The notes beneath the pieces were generated by a model, which did no database searches, was not told where the DNA came from, and saw only the letters and a list, made by a program, of their open reading frames with translations. Made by a program: the position numbers and the translations under genes. Positions 27,691 to 41,607 of a DNA stretch of 64,000 nucleotides are shown here, piece by piece. The stretch comes from Antedon mediterranea (lineage: Eukaryota > Animalia > Echinodermata). The DNA is taken from NCBI RefSeq assembly GCF_964355755.1, contig NC_092672.1, positions 26,790,437 through 26,854,436 of the forward strand, written 5' to 3'. Numbering within the stretch: position 1 is the first letter of the stretch; every line of letters starts with the position of its first letter.

Positions 27691-28194
27691 CACCCTCCCC
27701 CTACCGTTAAATCTGCCTATAAACACAATTCCTAGGACTTATTGTAAAAGTTAATAAATAAAGGTTAGGAAATATTTTACTTTGGAAATATTTTCAGGAA
27801 AAGGATCAAGGGACAAATATGCGGCATGTTTGTCTACTGGGAGGGCAACTTCTTAGCTCTATTAACATATGTTGAATAATCAATCTGGAATTTACACAGT
27901 AGCCCTAACAGTAAATTAGTTTTCAATATAATTTTATCAATTTTGGCAAAGTTACTCTTGCACTACACACATTATAAAAATGTTTACAGAATGTTGTAGC
28001 CTAGCAATAGAAGTACATTAGAACAGAACTTTTGCTGTTCAGTAGATAAAGGTATTACCTTTCGTGTTACCTCGATTTGGTTTATTTACCCAAAAAATAT
28101 GTGAATATAGTTTTGTTTTTAGAAGTTGACACTACATGATAAAATCAATTTGGTTGGTTCAATAGAATTTGAAACTATTTAATAAGCGCTTCTT

Positions 28195-28422
28195 CTAATT
28201 TTTAGTCCTTTTGCTGTTTTTTGTAATTTTTATATGTTTCATTGTATGTCTTTTTGCTGTTCTTTCAAAGGACCTCATTGGAAACAAGTCCGTAGAGGAT
28301 TTTTATGAGTTATCCTTGGCATCCTTTCTTGTTTTATTCATGGTTTTTTATATTTGCTATTTTTAAATGTCTGTGATTTTTTATGTACTGATGCCGAAAT
28401 AAATCAAATCAAATCAAATCAA
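28195..28422 (+). mobile_element. Retroposon 3' end with (AAATC)n tail
   Basis: A T-rich UTR, a ggacctcattggaaacaagtcc...ggattt..atgagttatcc hairpin, then aataaatcaaatcaaatcaaatc. Confidence 0.5.
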
Positions 28423-30099
28423 TTTATTTTCTTCTCTTTTCTTTTAGGGTTGCAGGGTTTTTAGCAGTTAGCCTATCTAAAAACCGAAAATGGTGTTTTA
28501 CTCCAAAATAAGTAGTTACTATTAAAACCCTAGTGAGTCAAGGCACACATAATTCAATCACTTATGTTGGTTCGATAGAGTTTGCTATGTTTTGTTGAAG
28601 GTTCGCGGGTTTAGAAATACAAGGAGTAGATACAAAATTAACCAATCAGATAGTATTGATACACTTATGTATGTTATCATTGTAAATTATTCACAGATTA
28701 CTAATGTTTACAGTCATTTCAAGTAATTATAGTGTATCACAAAAGGAAAGAGAGTGTTGGGTATTTAAATAGATAAAACATAATTAAACTAATTCATAGA
28801 CTATAGGATAAAGATCACTAATATCAAGCAAATTGCAGATACTGACAGGGACTAATATAATCAATAATTATATATCAATTGGAGTGCAATAATCTGATTG
28901 ACGGGTAACATAATGTATTCACATTTTATTATACGTTGAATTTCGTTGAATCTAATTCACCTGCTAATCTAAAGTTAGGTTTACTCAACAAACATTAAAA
29001 TACTTTAATGTCTTAAATTGTATGATTAAAATTCTGTACAAGTACTGATGTATATAATAACACATGCTCCAGGTGTCTTGTACAGACGATTTGAGACTTA
29101 TGCAAAGACGAATCGTAAAGTGATTAATGATTTCTGTAATATCTTTGTACGGGTGATATAAACATATTAACCATGCACGGATTTAAAACTTGTCAGTAGG
29201 AGTATCTTTATTAAACCTAATAGCCATTTATTCCTATCACAGCTAAGCAAGTTTCAAACACCATTCTAATGGATGTTAAATCATAAAATGTCATCAGAAA
29301 CGTACAAAGTCGTATTAGATGTTTGATGTATAGGCTCTACAATCAATTTTATTTAAGTGTTTAAAGACTCTATCCCTCATGTTGAATTAACATGATTATA
29401 CATTTTTTTATTGAGAACATAATGTCGAAACATCACGAAATACTGATCTTGAAAGAATTACAACATTCTAGTATCTTATAAGTATGGAGCGGAAACATGG
29501 CATTATCAAATAATAATAAGTCTTGAAACTGCATGATTATGTACCTATATTTATGCTTTATGGCAAGTGTATTTAGCCTTCTGAATATAATGGACTGTGC
29601 TACCATAGGTCATATTAAGGTAAAGATAAAGAATGTTACAGTTTCTTTCGTCTACGATTCCGAATGGAAAGCTCTGCAAAATATGTAAAGTAAATATGTA
29701 AGTATTGTGGGTCACATACATTACAATTTTTACAGTAATAAAAACTGTTAATTTTAAATATATATATTTTAAACAAACAAAAATCTACAAAGGAATATTA
29801 AATTAAGTAAAATAATTAATTTGAACTGAAACTAATTAAAATTAGAGTTGGGTGGGTGAAGGAAGAGACCCATAACAAAAAGTCTTAGTAGTTATAGCTC
29901 TATAGCGGTTAGCCTTATAGTCTATCCGGCTTAGTAGATATAGAGCTGTCGCCTATTTATCACCTACTAGTAGATAGATATTTGATAGATTTTTTATAGT
30001 TGTTAGTAGATTTTTGCCTCATTAGCATATTTCGCGATGATATTAGTAGGCGACACCTACTAAATACAACTATTATTAGACTACCAATAATCTATCTAG

Positions 30100-31330
30100 A
30101 ATGGATTCTTAATTGGCTATTATTTGGCTTTTAAAAATCTACATTAATTTGCTATTTATGGGCTATTAAAAATCTACTAATTATATGACTATTATTGGGC
30201 TATTAAAAATCTGTATAAATTGGCTATTATTTGGCAATTAAAAATCTACATAAAATGGCTATAATTTGTCTACTTAAAATCTACATTATTTGGCTATTAA
30301 TATACTATTAAAAATCTACTAAATAATTGGCTATTATTCAGCTACTAAAAATCTACATTATTTGCCTATTATTGGGCTATTAAAAATCTACTTAAAAATG
30401 GCTATTATTTGTCTACTAAAAATCTACATTATTTGGCTATTATTGGGCTATTAAAAATCTACATAAAAATGGCTATTATTTGTCTACTAAAAATCTACAT
30501 TATTTGACTATTATTGGGCTATTAAAAATCTACATAAAAATGGCTATTATTTGTCTACTAAAAATCTACATTATTTGGCTATTATTGGGCTATTAAAAAT
30601 CTACATAAAAATGGCTATTATTTGTCTACTAAAAATCTACATTATTTGGATATTATTGGTCTATTAAAAATCTACTTAAAAATGGCTATTATTTGTCTAC
30701 TAAAAATCTACATTATTTGGCTATTATTGGTCTATTAAAAATCTACTTAAAAATGGCTATTATTTGTCTACTAAAAATCTACATTATTTGGCTATTATTG
30801 GGCTATTAAAAATCTACACTATTTGGCTATTATTGGGCTGTTAAAAATCTACTTAAAAATGGCTATTATTTGTCTACTAAAAATCTACATTATTTGGCTA
30901 TTATTGGGCTATTAAAAATCTACATTATTTGGCTATTATTGGGCTATTAAAAATCTACATTATTTGGCTATTATTGGACTATTAAAAATCTACATAAATT
31001 GGCGACTATTGGGATATTAAAAATCTACATTATTTGGCTATTCAAAATCTACATAAATTGGCTATTATTGGGCTATTAAATATCTACATTATTTGGCTAT
31101 TAAAAATCTACTAAATAATTGGCTATTAAAAATCTACATATAACTATTATTGGGCTATTAACAATCTACATATAGATATTATTGGACTATTAAAAATCTA
31201 CATATAACTATTATTGGGCTATTAACAATCTACATATAGATATTATTGGGCTATTAAAAATCTACATATAAATTGGCTATTAAAAATATACATAAATTAA
31301 CTACTGTTAATTTAGATACTTAAAATCTAC
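30100..31330 (+). repeat. Subterminal array of 35/36-bp monomers forming a 71-bp dimer
   Basis: GGCTATTATTGGGCTATTAAAAATCTACATAAAAAT alternates with GGCTATTATTTGTCTACTAAAAATCTAC ATTATTT. The motif gtctactaaa occurs at 30411 and 30482. Confidence 0.9.
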
Positions 31331-31444
31331 AGAAATTAAAAATCTAATCTTTTCTGGCTAAAATACAGATACAGAACAATAATTCATCTTATTGGCAAAT
31401 AACAAATGTATAATGATTAAAAAAATAACAAATTAATTTTTTTC

Positions 31445-32030
31445 CCGTATTTGTAAACCTTAATCTTGTCCATACATATGCGAGTCCGAAAACTTTAAGC
31501 ACATATTTTAACTCAGTTGGACATGTAAAAGGAAGAATACCAAACAACAACAGTTACTTTTGTAACAATTTAGACTTATTAAGTGAAACAAGACATTAGT
31601 AACCAAATATACAGTATACATTTTATAAATTTATTTAACAAAAAATTAAGATAGTACATTATTTGTAAACCTTAATATCTTAACCATAACATTGCACAAG
31701 TTTTAACTCAGCTGGACATGTAAAAGGAAGAATACCAAACAACAACAACAGTTACTTTTGTAACAATTTAGACTTATTAAGTGAAACAAGACATTAGTAA
31801 CCAAATATACAGTATACATTTTATAAATTTATTTAACAAAAAATTAAGATAGTACAGTATTTGTAAACCTTAATATCTTAACCATAACATTGCACATGTT
31901 TGAACTCAGTTGGACATGTGACAGGAAGAATACCGAGCAACAGAGCAACACTCATCACTTTTGTAACAATTTAGACTTATCAAATGAAACAAGACACAGT
32001 ATCCAAATATACAGTATACATTTTATTTAA
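31445..32030 (+). repeat. ~196-bp tandem repeat, 3 copies, inside the CACTA-like element
   Basis: ggacatgt...ggaagaatacc occurs at ~31519, ~31714 and ~31912. Confidence 0.85.
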
Positions 32031-32586
32031 ACTTCAAAATTCAAAACAATTCCTGAATGGAATTAGACCAGACAATAAGAAATGCACCAACTATTGTCAC
32101 TATTGACATGAAAAATTAATTACGCAAAAGCACACTTCACCATAAATTAATCATCTTTGCACTTGACCATCAAATTTGTACTAGTATAGGTTAAAGATCG
32201 TCTCTCTGAAAAAATAATTGTTTAAACATTTTTTTGTTGAATATGCCATTTGAATTTTGCTATACAAGGGCTACCTACCAGTAACCTATTAACAGACTAT
32301 AAACAAACTGATAATAGCCAGTAACTATTAATAAACTATTTATTTTATATACTTAGGCCTACTAAGAATTATTACAAATAGATACAGTAGATATAGCTAG
32401 ATGACCTAGGCCTCTAGGCCTAGATACTGCATTAGAAATCTATTATTAATATCACAGTTGTAATATCTATCAACTGCATACTTACAATGGGTGTCATGAA
32501 ACCTAAGACCACGAAAGCTAAGACCCCCTAAGACCTAAGATCACGAAAGCTAAGACCCAACACCTAGATTACAAATATTTATCTTT

Positions 32587-33241
32587 CGCACCTGCCTTGT
32601 ATTTTAACTCCCAACATTTATTCTGAATACCACACCTTAGAATTGGCACTTTCATGAAAAAGAATCACATAAAAAGTAACAAATACATTTTTAAATTGAT
32701 GATTTTACAGACGTTTTTCTCGCACACAAAATGACTAGCCTACAGTACAGTAGGCCTACCCCATGGGCCATGTTCAATGTTTTTGTTTCTATGGAACGTC
32801 AAAAGAGCAAAAATTATATAGAGGGCTGAAAACTCTGTGGAGTCCATCTACAGTGTGGATGGAACAATATAAAATTAAAATTGTAATGATAATAGTATAC
32901 TCATGCAAGTACGAAGAAATAAATACTGGCAAATAAATTTTAATTTAAAAATCATGATAAGTTTTTTTGTTTCGTTTTCTTTCTGTTTTTATACTTGTAC
33001 TATTATTGTTGCTCTTTTGGCGCTCCATAGAAACAAAAACATTGAGCATGGGGAGCTCGAGGAGTTACATTACAGTATACAAAGAAACACATCTGTAAAA
33101 TCATCAATTTAAAGGATTTATTTATTTGTTATTATGTGTTTCTCCTTCTGAAAGTACTTATAAGTCCTAATTTTAAAGTGTGGTGTTCAGGATAAAGTTA
33201 GTCAACAAATTTGGAGTCAAAATACAAGAAAGGCAGGTGCG
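32587..33241. mobile_element. Older foldback element nested in the CACTA-like element
   Basis: Diverged arms of ~240 bp: cgcacctgcctt / aaggcaggtgcg, ttaaattgatgattttacaga / tctgtaaaatcatcaatttaa, and caatgtttttgtttctatgga / tccatagaaacaaaaacattg. Confidence 0.75.
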
Positions 33242-34164
33242 TAAGAAAAACATCCTCTGAACCAACACAATGGAGTAAATATATACCAACAAACAACCCG
33301 TCAAGTTTGTTTGTTGTAAAGTAAAAATATACATTTACTCAACGGGCGAAAATAATGTGAGTTTATCTATGTTTTGCGGTAGTATTAAATTATATTTATG
33401 GTAATAAATGAAACCTACTGTGTTTAAAATTATGTATAATAATAACCTATTAATAGACTAGGCTTAGGCCTATTAACAAACTGATAATAGGCCTAGGCAG
33501 CCCAGTATAACTATTTAGTATTAATATTATAAACTAAAAAATCTATTTTATAATTGAACCCTGGGAAGTAGGCCTACAACTTGTGGCTTATTACTATGTT
33601 TTCATTTATGTACACACCTATAATTATATTATACTGTATAATGCCATTGTTGAATAAATAAATGTTTTTTGAACAACAAACAGGCAATGTAGGGCCTAGG
33701 CTAACTAGTAGTAGGCCTATAAGCCTAGGCTACAGTATAAAGTATATTAGGCCTAGGCTAGGCTATTATAATTATAACTTGAATGAAAAATGCCTAGTGC
33801 AATTTAAAAAAGACTAGGCCTAGGCTAGGGCCTACCTAGCTTAGTAGCCTAGCCTAGCCTAGGCCTACTAACTAATACAGACAGGCCTGGCTAGGTTATA
33901 GAGCCTACTAGAGGCCTGCTAGCCTAGCTTCTAGCCTATCAAAAAGGAACACTTTAACTTTAACAAATAAAATGTAAAGATATGGATTGATTCACTTACC
34001 ACTAAACTGACATTGTGTATAAATAAACATTCATGGTCTGATCGAAAAGGCCTACAACAAGCGAATGCTCCTTTTTTCTCTGATCATCTGCATTGTGCCT
34101 GCTGCTGCTGCAAAAAAGAAGCGGGAATTTGGGTGTAACAATTGTTATACACACGCACTAATAT

Positions 34165-36080
34165 ATAGACAACGGCTATCTATAATCTATTAACAAACTA
34201 CATTTTACATTTTACATTTAACTTATATTCCATACCTACTAAATATCTATTATATATAGATAGATGGAGACTACTACAAGTCTATTAGAAATCTATGAGT
34301 AACACAGTTTTGTATTATCTATCAACTGTCTACTTATAATAGATAGACAACAGCTATCTATAACCTATTAACAAACTACATTTAACTTATATTCCATACC
34401 TACTAAATATCTATTATATATAGATAGATGGAGACTACTACAAGTCTATTAGAAATCTATGAGTAACACAGTTTTGTATTATCTATCAACTGTCTACTTA
34501 TAATAGATAGACAACAGCTATCTATAACCTATTAACAAACTACATTTAACTTTCCTTCCATACCTACTAAATATCTATTATATATAGATAGATGGAGACT
34601 ACTACAAATCTATTAGACATCTATGAGTAACACAGTTTTGTATTATCTATCAACTGTCTATTTATAATAGATAGACAACAGCTATCTATAACCTATTAAC
34701 AAACTACATTTAACATATATTCCATACCTACTAAATATCTATTATATATAGATAGATGGAGACTACTACAAGTCTATTAGAAATCTATGAGTAACACAGT
34801 TTTGTATTATCTATCAACTGTCTATTTATAATAGATAGACAACAGATATCTATAACCTATTAACAAACTACATTTAACTTATATTCCATACCAACTAAAT
34901 ATCTATTATATATAGATAGATGGAGACTACTACAAGTCTATTAGAAATCTATGAGTAACACAGTTTTGTATTATCTATCAACTGTCTACTTATAATAGAT
35001 AGACAACAGATATCTATAACCTATTAACAAACTACATTTAACTTATATTCCATACCTACTAAATATCTATTATATATAGATAGATGGAGACTACTACAAG
35101 TCTATTAGAAATCTATGAGTAACACAGTTTTGTATTATCTATCAACTGTCTATTTATAATAGATAGACAACATATATCTATAACCTATTAACAAACTACA
35201 TTTAACTTATATTCCATACCTACTAAATATCTATTATATATAGATAGATGGAGACTACTATAAGTCTATTATAAATCTATGAGTAACACAGTTTTGTATT
35301 ATCTATCAACTGTCTATTTATAATAGATAGACAACAGCTATCTATAACCTATTAACAAACTACATTTAACTTATATTCCATACCTACTAAATATCTATTA
35401 TATATAGATAGATGGAGACTACTATAAGTCTATTAGAAATCTATGAGTAACACAGTTTTGTATTATCTATCAACTGTCTACTTATAATAGATAGACAACA
35501 GCTATCTATAACCTATTAACAAACTACGTTTAACTTGTATTCCATACCTACTAAATATCTATTATATATAGATAGATGGAGGCTACTGTAAGTCTATTAG
35601 AAATCTATGAGTAACACAGTTTTGTATTATCTATCAACTGTCTACTTATAATAGATAGACAACAGCTATCTATAACCTATTAACAAACTACATTTAACTT
35701 ATATTCCATACCTACTAAATATCTATTATATATAGATAGATGGAGACTACTACAAGTCTATTATAAATCTATGAGTAATACAGTTTTGTATTATCTATCA
35801 ACTGTCTACTTATAATAGATAGACAACAGCTATCTATAACCTATTAACAAACTACCGTTAACTTATATTCCATACCTACTAAATATCTATTATATATAGA
35901 TAGATGGAGACTACTATAAGTCTATTATAAATCTATGAGTAACACAGTTTTGTATTATCTATCAACTGTCTACTTATAATAGATAGACAACAGCTATCTA
36001 TAACCTATTAACAAAATACATTTAACTTTTTTTTCATACCTACTAAATATCTATTATATATAGATAGATGGAGACTACTC
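34165..36080 (+). repeat. 164-bp satellite-like tandem array, about 11.5 copies
   Basis: gagtaacacag recurs at 34461, 34625, 34789 and onward. The units are highly homogeneous. Confidence 0.95.
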
Positions 36081-36478
36081 CCTGTCTACATAAAAACTCT
36101 TAAGGTGAAAAATATCTATTAAAAACTACTAACAATGGTGTAGCTTAAAGGCCTACTTTAAATAGTGCTACATCAACTATGATACAACTACTTACTGTGT
36201 ACTTTTAATAGGTAGTACCTATTATGTCACCTATCTATTTTATGTAGTCAGAAAGTAGTCGAAGAAATCATGATAAAATCCTTAGTAGCCAAGAGAAAAA
36301 AACTACTAACGGCCTATTAAGCCTACTAAGGATAGAGCTATTTCTATTAAAGACTATCTAAATCTACTTAGTTATTTCGTTATGGGGAGTGACTGGAAAA
36401 TTGACTACAGAGAATTCAGAAGTTAACTAAACTAAGCAAATCTCCTTTGAGTTTAGCTCGTGAAAACATATTGAAACA

Positions 36479-36790
36479 GTGAGTGAGTGGCCGAGCGGTT
36501 AAGACAGTGGAACCGTAATTACGTAGCCATAACATCGGCAGGGGTTCGAGGCTAACTCACTCCATGGTTCTGGTGGTAGAACGAGTCTTCTCGGATAAGG
36601 ACTATAAACCGTAGGTCCATTGTACACATCTAGCTCGTGTGCCCTTTAAAGAACCTAAGTACATCTTTCGAGACGAGTAGGGGGTTACCCCGGTGTATTA
36701 GTACATCACAGCCACTGATCACCAACTGGGCCCTCTGGGAGACCAGTCTTTGACTGAAGAAGTTACCCAGTATAAATATAAATATAAAAA
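36479..36790 (+). mobile_element. tRNA-derived Deu/Nin-like SINE, copy 2
   Basis: A box TGGCCGAGCGG, B box GGTTCGAGGC, Deu-like core, hairpin tail and (ATAAAT)n end. Confidence 0.85.
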
Positions 36791-39194
36791 TCAAAAAAAT
36801 TGTTTTGCGAGACAATGGAACAGTACTCACTATAGTACATTTCAGTTAGGTATGTATCGAAGAAGGTTATTTCCAAAACGTTTTTGAATTGTGTCTGCCT
36901 ATCTCAGAATTGAACATAGTTTATATATAGATAAGAGAATATGAAATTTAAAGGAATGCATCTATGAATTATTCATTTAATGAACAGCCAAATGAATGAT
37001 AAACCACAAAAGACCTGCAGACAGACCGACAGGGATACATCAGTATAATGTAAATCTAATCATCACTTTATCAAATGAAATAAATATATTGCTATGCTAT
37101 TGGCAAAGCCCATACAACATAATTACTGCTAACATGGAATACATAACAGCTTTTAAGTATAATACTGATAACATTTAGCATACAAATATATTATTCCTTT
37201 AATATTTGAAATACAAAATTATTTGAAGTCATGAATAGTTTATGAATTCTAGTAAAATAAACATAATATAATTTTAGCTAGATGTATAATAATTAAAAAT
37301 AAACATAATATAATTTTAGCTAGATGTATAATAATTAAGAAATCTATTTGCAAGAATGTGATTTTGATTTGAATTTATTTTGAAAATTGTATTACGTAAT
37401 TATTTAGAAAGTGAATCAAAAGATCTACTTGTTTAGGCAATAAGATTTTGATTTGATTGATAATAGAAATAGAATCACAACATGCTGTCACAATACAGAC
37501 ACAGTAACAAACAATCACAAAACTTAAGTTTAATGACAATATATTTATAGAGGAAATTCCAGAATAACTACCTCCCTTTATAATCTAAAAACATTTTTAA
37601 AATACTATTAATGATGTTTTACTGTAAAAAGAAAAGTCTTACTTTTGATTAGAAAAAATAAATTCCTTGCTCCAATAAAAAATAGTATGTACAGTACCTG
37701 TTATAAATTTGAACCTGTTCATTTAAACTGAAACTTTCAAATGATCCTATACCCTAAAATTCACCTGCTGGTCTTAACGGAACCCGCCAACCATTCTACT
37801 AGAAAATTTAACGCCTCGTTTGGTAGGCCATTGAACAGGGTTTAATCACCCTGAAACCTGTATATAATAAGTTCTATTGAAGGGGGCTATATGTTTTGTT
37901 CTTCTGAAAAGTTTTGGTAAAGAATGGAATATTTGAAAATCGAAAATTTGTGATTTAATTTCTCTATTGTTGTACTATTTTTTGAGGTCATTTCAAACAT
38001 AATCATGCAAAAATAATATAGAGTTTTAACACACAAATTATGATTATGATCATAATTAGCCAGTGCTAGTTACATTGTTCTTGTTAATTGAATTAAGTAT
38101 ATAGTATATTTAAATTGCAGTGGGTGATTCAAGGGGCCCTTCCATAGGGACTTAACACTATGGTTGAATACAGTATAAGGGTTTTGACTTTACGCTTCAC
38201 TGACAATGATAAGTAGTTTTGATCCTAACTTCAATTGATTGATAGAAAACGTTCAATATTTTCCCATGATATGTAAAACAATAATCCGTCTGGATTAAAT
38301 AAGATTTGAATTTTCTATGAATAAGATTTTCACCTCGAATATTGGCAAAAACAAGCCGAACTGATATTCTTATCCTATTTTATTTTTCCCAAAAATTCTT
38401 TAAAAGGGGATTTTATTTGTTTTTCAATTGTGGATCCTGAAAGTGGTGGGTGAGTTGTGGGTATAAAAAGGGGAAACTTCTATTAAGGGGACACTTTGTT
38501 GCATCCCAATGGTTTCCCCTTAATAGGGATGTTACTGTATTAATATTAATATTATTAACAATATTAAATCTATGAAAACATTGTAAAAACCACTATATCA
38601 GTGTATGAAGCAGAAACTGTACAAAGATCTGTTCACACATGTTTTTAGATATTATCTTTTAATATATTTCCAAAACCTGTTAGCTTATCAATATTTTCTA
38701 CATATATTCCTTTTTTTATACACGTTATCATTTAACACATTTTTTTTTCTCTTTTTAACAATTTCATCATTTTAAATCTCATATGCAAGAAGAATGTGCA
38801 TATTTACATACATAAAAGCATTGATAAATACACATACATAAACAGCTTACAAAAAAAAACACACATGAAATGCAAATTTGTCTGGCTGTTTACTGTATCA
38901 TTTTGCGATTATCTATTCACACCTACAGTTATTTTATCTCACATGACATAAACTTAATAGGTTTATACTAGGAAACAATTAGTGGAAACAACTACAAAAA
39001 CTGACTTGGATAATGTTGTGAAGGCCCAATGTACAAGAGAATGTCTCACATGGCATAAACAACATAGGTCTGAACTAGAAAACAAGATCGTTTACACATA
39101 CAGAGTTAATTAAGTTTACATCTCACAAAAAACCTCATATGTCTGAACTAGGAAAGAATTAGTGGAACCAACATATGACAACTGACATGGACTC

Positions 39195-39490
39195 TCAAAA
39201 ACTAAGTACCACAAACTTCATAAAGGTTTTTAATAGATTTGTTAAATAAGTTCTTCCAAACGGAATACGAAGGAGGGGGCGAGACAGAAGGCCGACATCA
39301 AGTTCGCGACAATGAGGGAGCATATTCCGAAATATGTCAGAGGCAAGAAGTTTCTCACCAAAAGACAACACTAGACCCACCCTCCTCGTCGCAAGCGATG
39401 GGAGACCGGCGATCTTGCACGCCTCTTCATACATGTGATCAGTCCCTAGTATTATTCGAAGAGCTCGTTTCTGGATTCAAGGTACAATAC
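39195..39490 (-). mobile_element. LINE ORF2 C-terminal fragment (L2/Crack/Daphne group)
   Basis: YEEACKIAGLPSLATRR..L...F..KLL.S..FR.MLP matches the Y...L....L.TL..RR motif. Confidence 0.7.
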
Positions 39491-41607
39491 TAAAAAAAGA
39501 GTGAAAGAAACGACACTGTACAATACAACATCCAATTTTCACACTTATCAACTCCACATAAAATGTAAATTAAAATTGATTATTAATAACTTTTACGGAT
39601 AAAGTTTAACCAGGTAAGATATCGTATCACGCACATATCGACTTATCTATAATTGCAGCAAGCATACAAGTGACAGACATAGCAAGAATGAACATGGTGA
39701 ACGTACTGCTGTTACACAGGACATTGAAAAGCGTAACAATCAATCAACTATTTAAACAGAAAAGTAATTTAATCATTAACATATGTAATTTAATATTGTT
39801 TGGATACAACACCAATATTTGAATCAATGGCATTGTAATTCAATTAGTAGCTTACAAATCTATAATGTTCTTGAGATAATTTCTTGGAGCTGCAAACGAT
39901 ATGGTGTTGAAATAAAGGGGCTTTGGTATAGAGCTATAGCAAAACTTTCATAACATAATGAATTAATAGAAGTTAAATATTCACTTTATAATGTGGCCAC
40001 ATACAGATATTTGGAGAAGTGAAAACAATTGAAATCAGTTTTTATGGTCTACACCCAGTGTATGAACAAAAATATTAGAGCCGAGATGCCAAAAGACAAT
40101 AAAGTAATAAGAAGTTAAATCAATAACAACAATAAAAAAACAAAAACAAGAACTAATTACTTTAGGATAAAGTAAGTGAATATCTTTAAAATTGAGATAA
40201 TTTGACCAATAAATGTTTACATACATGTTTAAATAAAAGGATACAAGATGTTGTCTCGTACACACTTATAAGTATTAAAGAAAACAAATCGGAAGTAATT
40301 TTAAATGTTATAAATCTCTTTAGACATTTTGTCAAATAAATAAGTAGACTCATTTGTTAAATAAATGAGTATAAATTGAAGAAATTTTGTATAATTATGA
40401 TACTATTCCATAACTTAACTCCAGTATAACTGATATATTTTTTTCCAATATTTATTTTAAGAGGTATGAATAAATCATCATTATTGCTAGCAGAATAGAT
40501 ATGTATATCAATTGCTTTCTTAGGAGAAAATTAAATATGCATATATACCATATTTCAGTTCATGCATCGGTACCAATCCTAATAACAATATCACGGTATT
40601 AATATTATTAGGACTGAGCTGATATGGAGCATATACCAGCACCATATTGACATTGTGACCGTTTTAGAAAACAATGTTGTCGCAATTTATTCAATAATAT
40701 GGTACCTCTCTGACTGGCATGCTGTACATTTTAATATTCCTCACCGCATATTTATACTAAATATAATAACAAAAAAAGGATTGGTGTGGGAGTGGGGAGA
40801 CATTTAAAACCTATTGGAGCATACTAAACTATACTAATTTACGAAAATCGTGACTGAGAATGTCGCGATAAATTTCAGTCAAATTATAGTGGCAAACTGT
40901 GAATTATTAATTTGTATTGGTTATTTTAAATAAAGCTTTTAATAATACAGGTTATGGCCTGGGTCTTATCACTAGGACGGCAGAATATCTGTCGACGAGT
41001 AACAGTCAAATACGACTCTCAATCTAAAAGTCCCTAATCGCAAAAACAACGCCATGGTCAAATCTAAAAATATAAAATATATTCTGTATTGATTGTGGTA
41101 TTAATAATATTGAAATATTTAATTCAAATTAGTTATCTTACAAATCAGTATAAATGACCTCTGCATAATAATTTAATTCACCATGTGTTTCATAATGCTG
41201 ATTATTAAATATATTATATATGCTAAATTAAATATATATATATGCTCAATTAAATATATATATATATATATATATATGCTAAATTAAATATATATATATA
41301 TATATATATGCTAAATTAAATATATATATATATAATTTATATTCTACTTCTTGTTGGTCCAATTTGCATTCTATAGTTATTCGTCAAAATCATAAATACA
41401 TTTATATCGACGGAATAGATTTATTTCAGTAGAGAATAATCGCAAGCGTTGTTTGAGAGTAATCATGTACGTTGTTAAACCATAATCTATCCACAATTTA
41501 GGATCGATTTTAGGTAACATGCTTGAATGATAGAATGTGATTAGAATAAAAAAATAAGAATAGTTTCATAAAACAGATACAAACTGTTTGTATATATATT
41601 ACTTTAA

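Larger units (their letters stand above)
29869..36386. mobile_element. Non-autonomous CACTA/EnSpm (CMC)-type DNA transposon, 6518 bp
   Basis: Left end CCCATAACAAAAAGTCTTAGTAG; right end reverse-complements to CCCATAACGAAATAACTAAGTAG. A 2-bp TSD GA is at 29867-29868 and 36387-36388. Subterminal tandem arrays are present and there is no transposase ORF. Confidence 0.85.

Noticed and set aside
36630-36830. Similar ORFs at 36630-36830 and 54857-55042 as a small duplicated gene
   Set aside because: Both are antisense translations of SINE copies.
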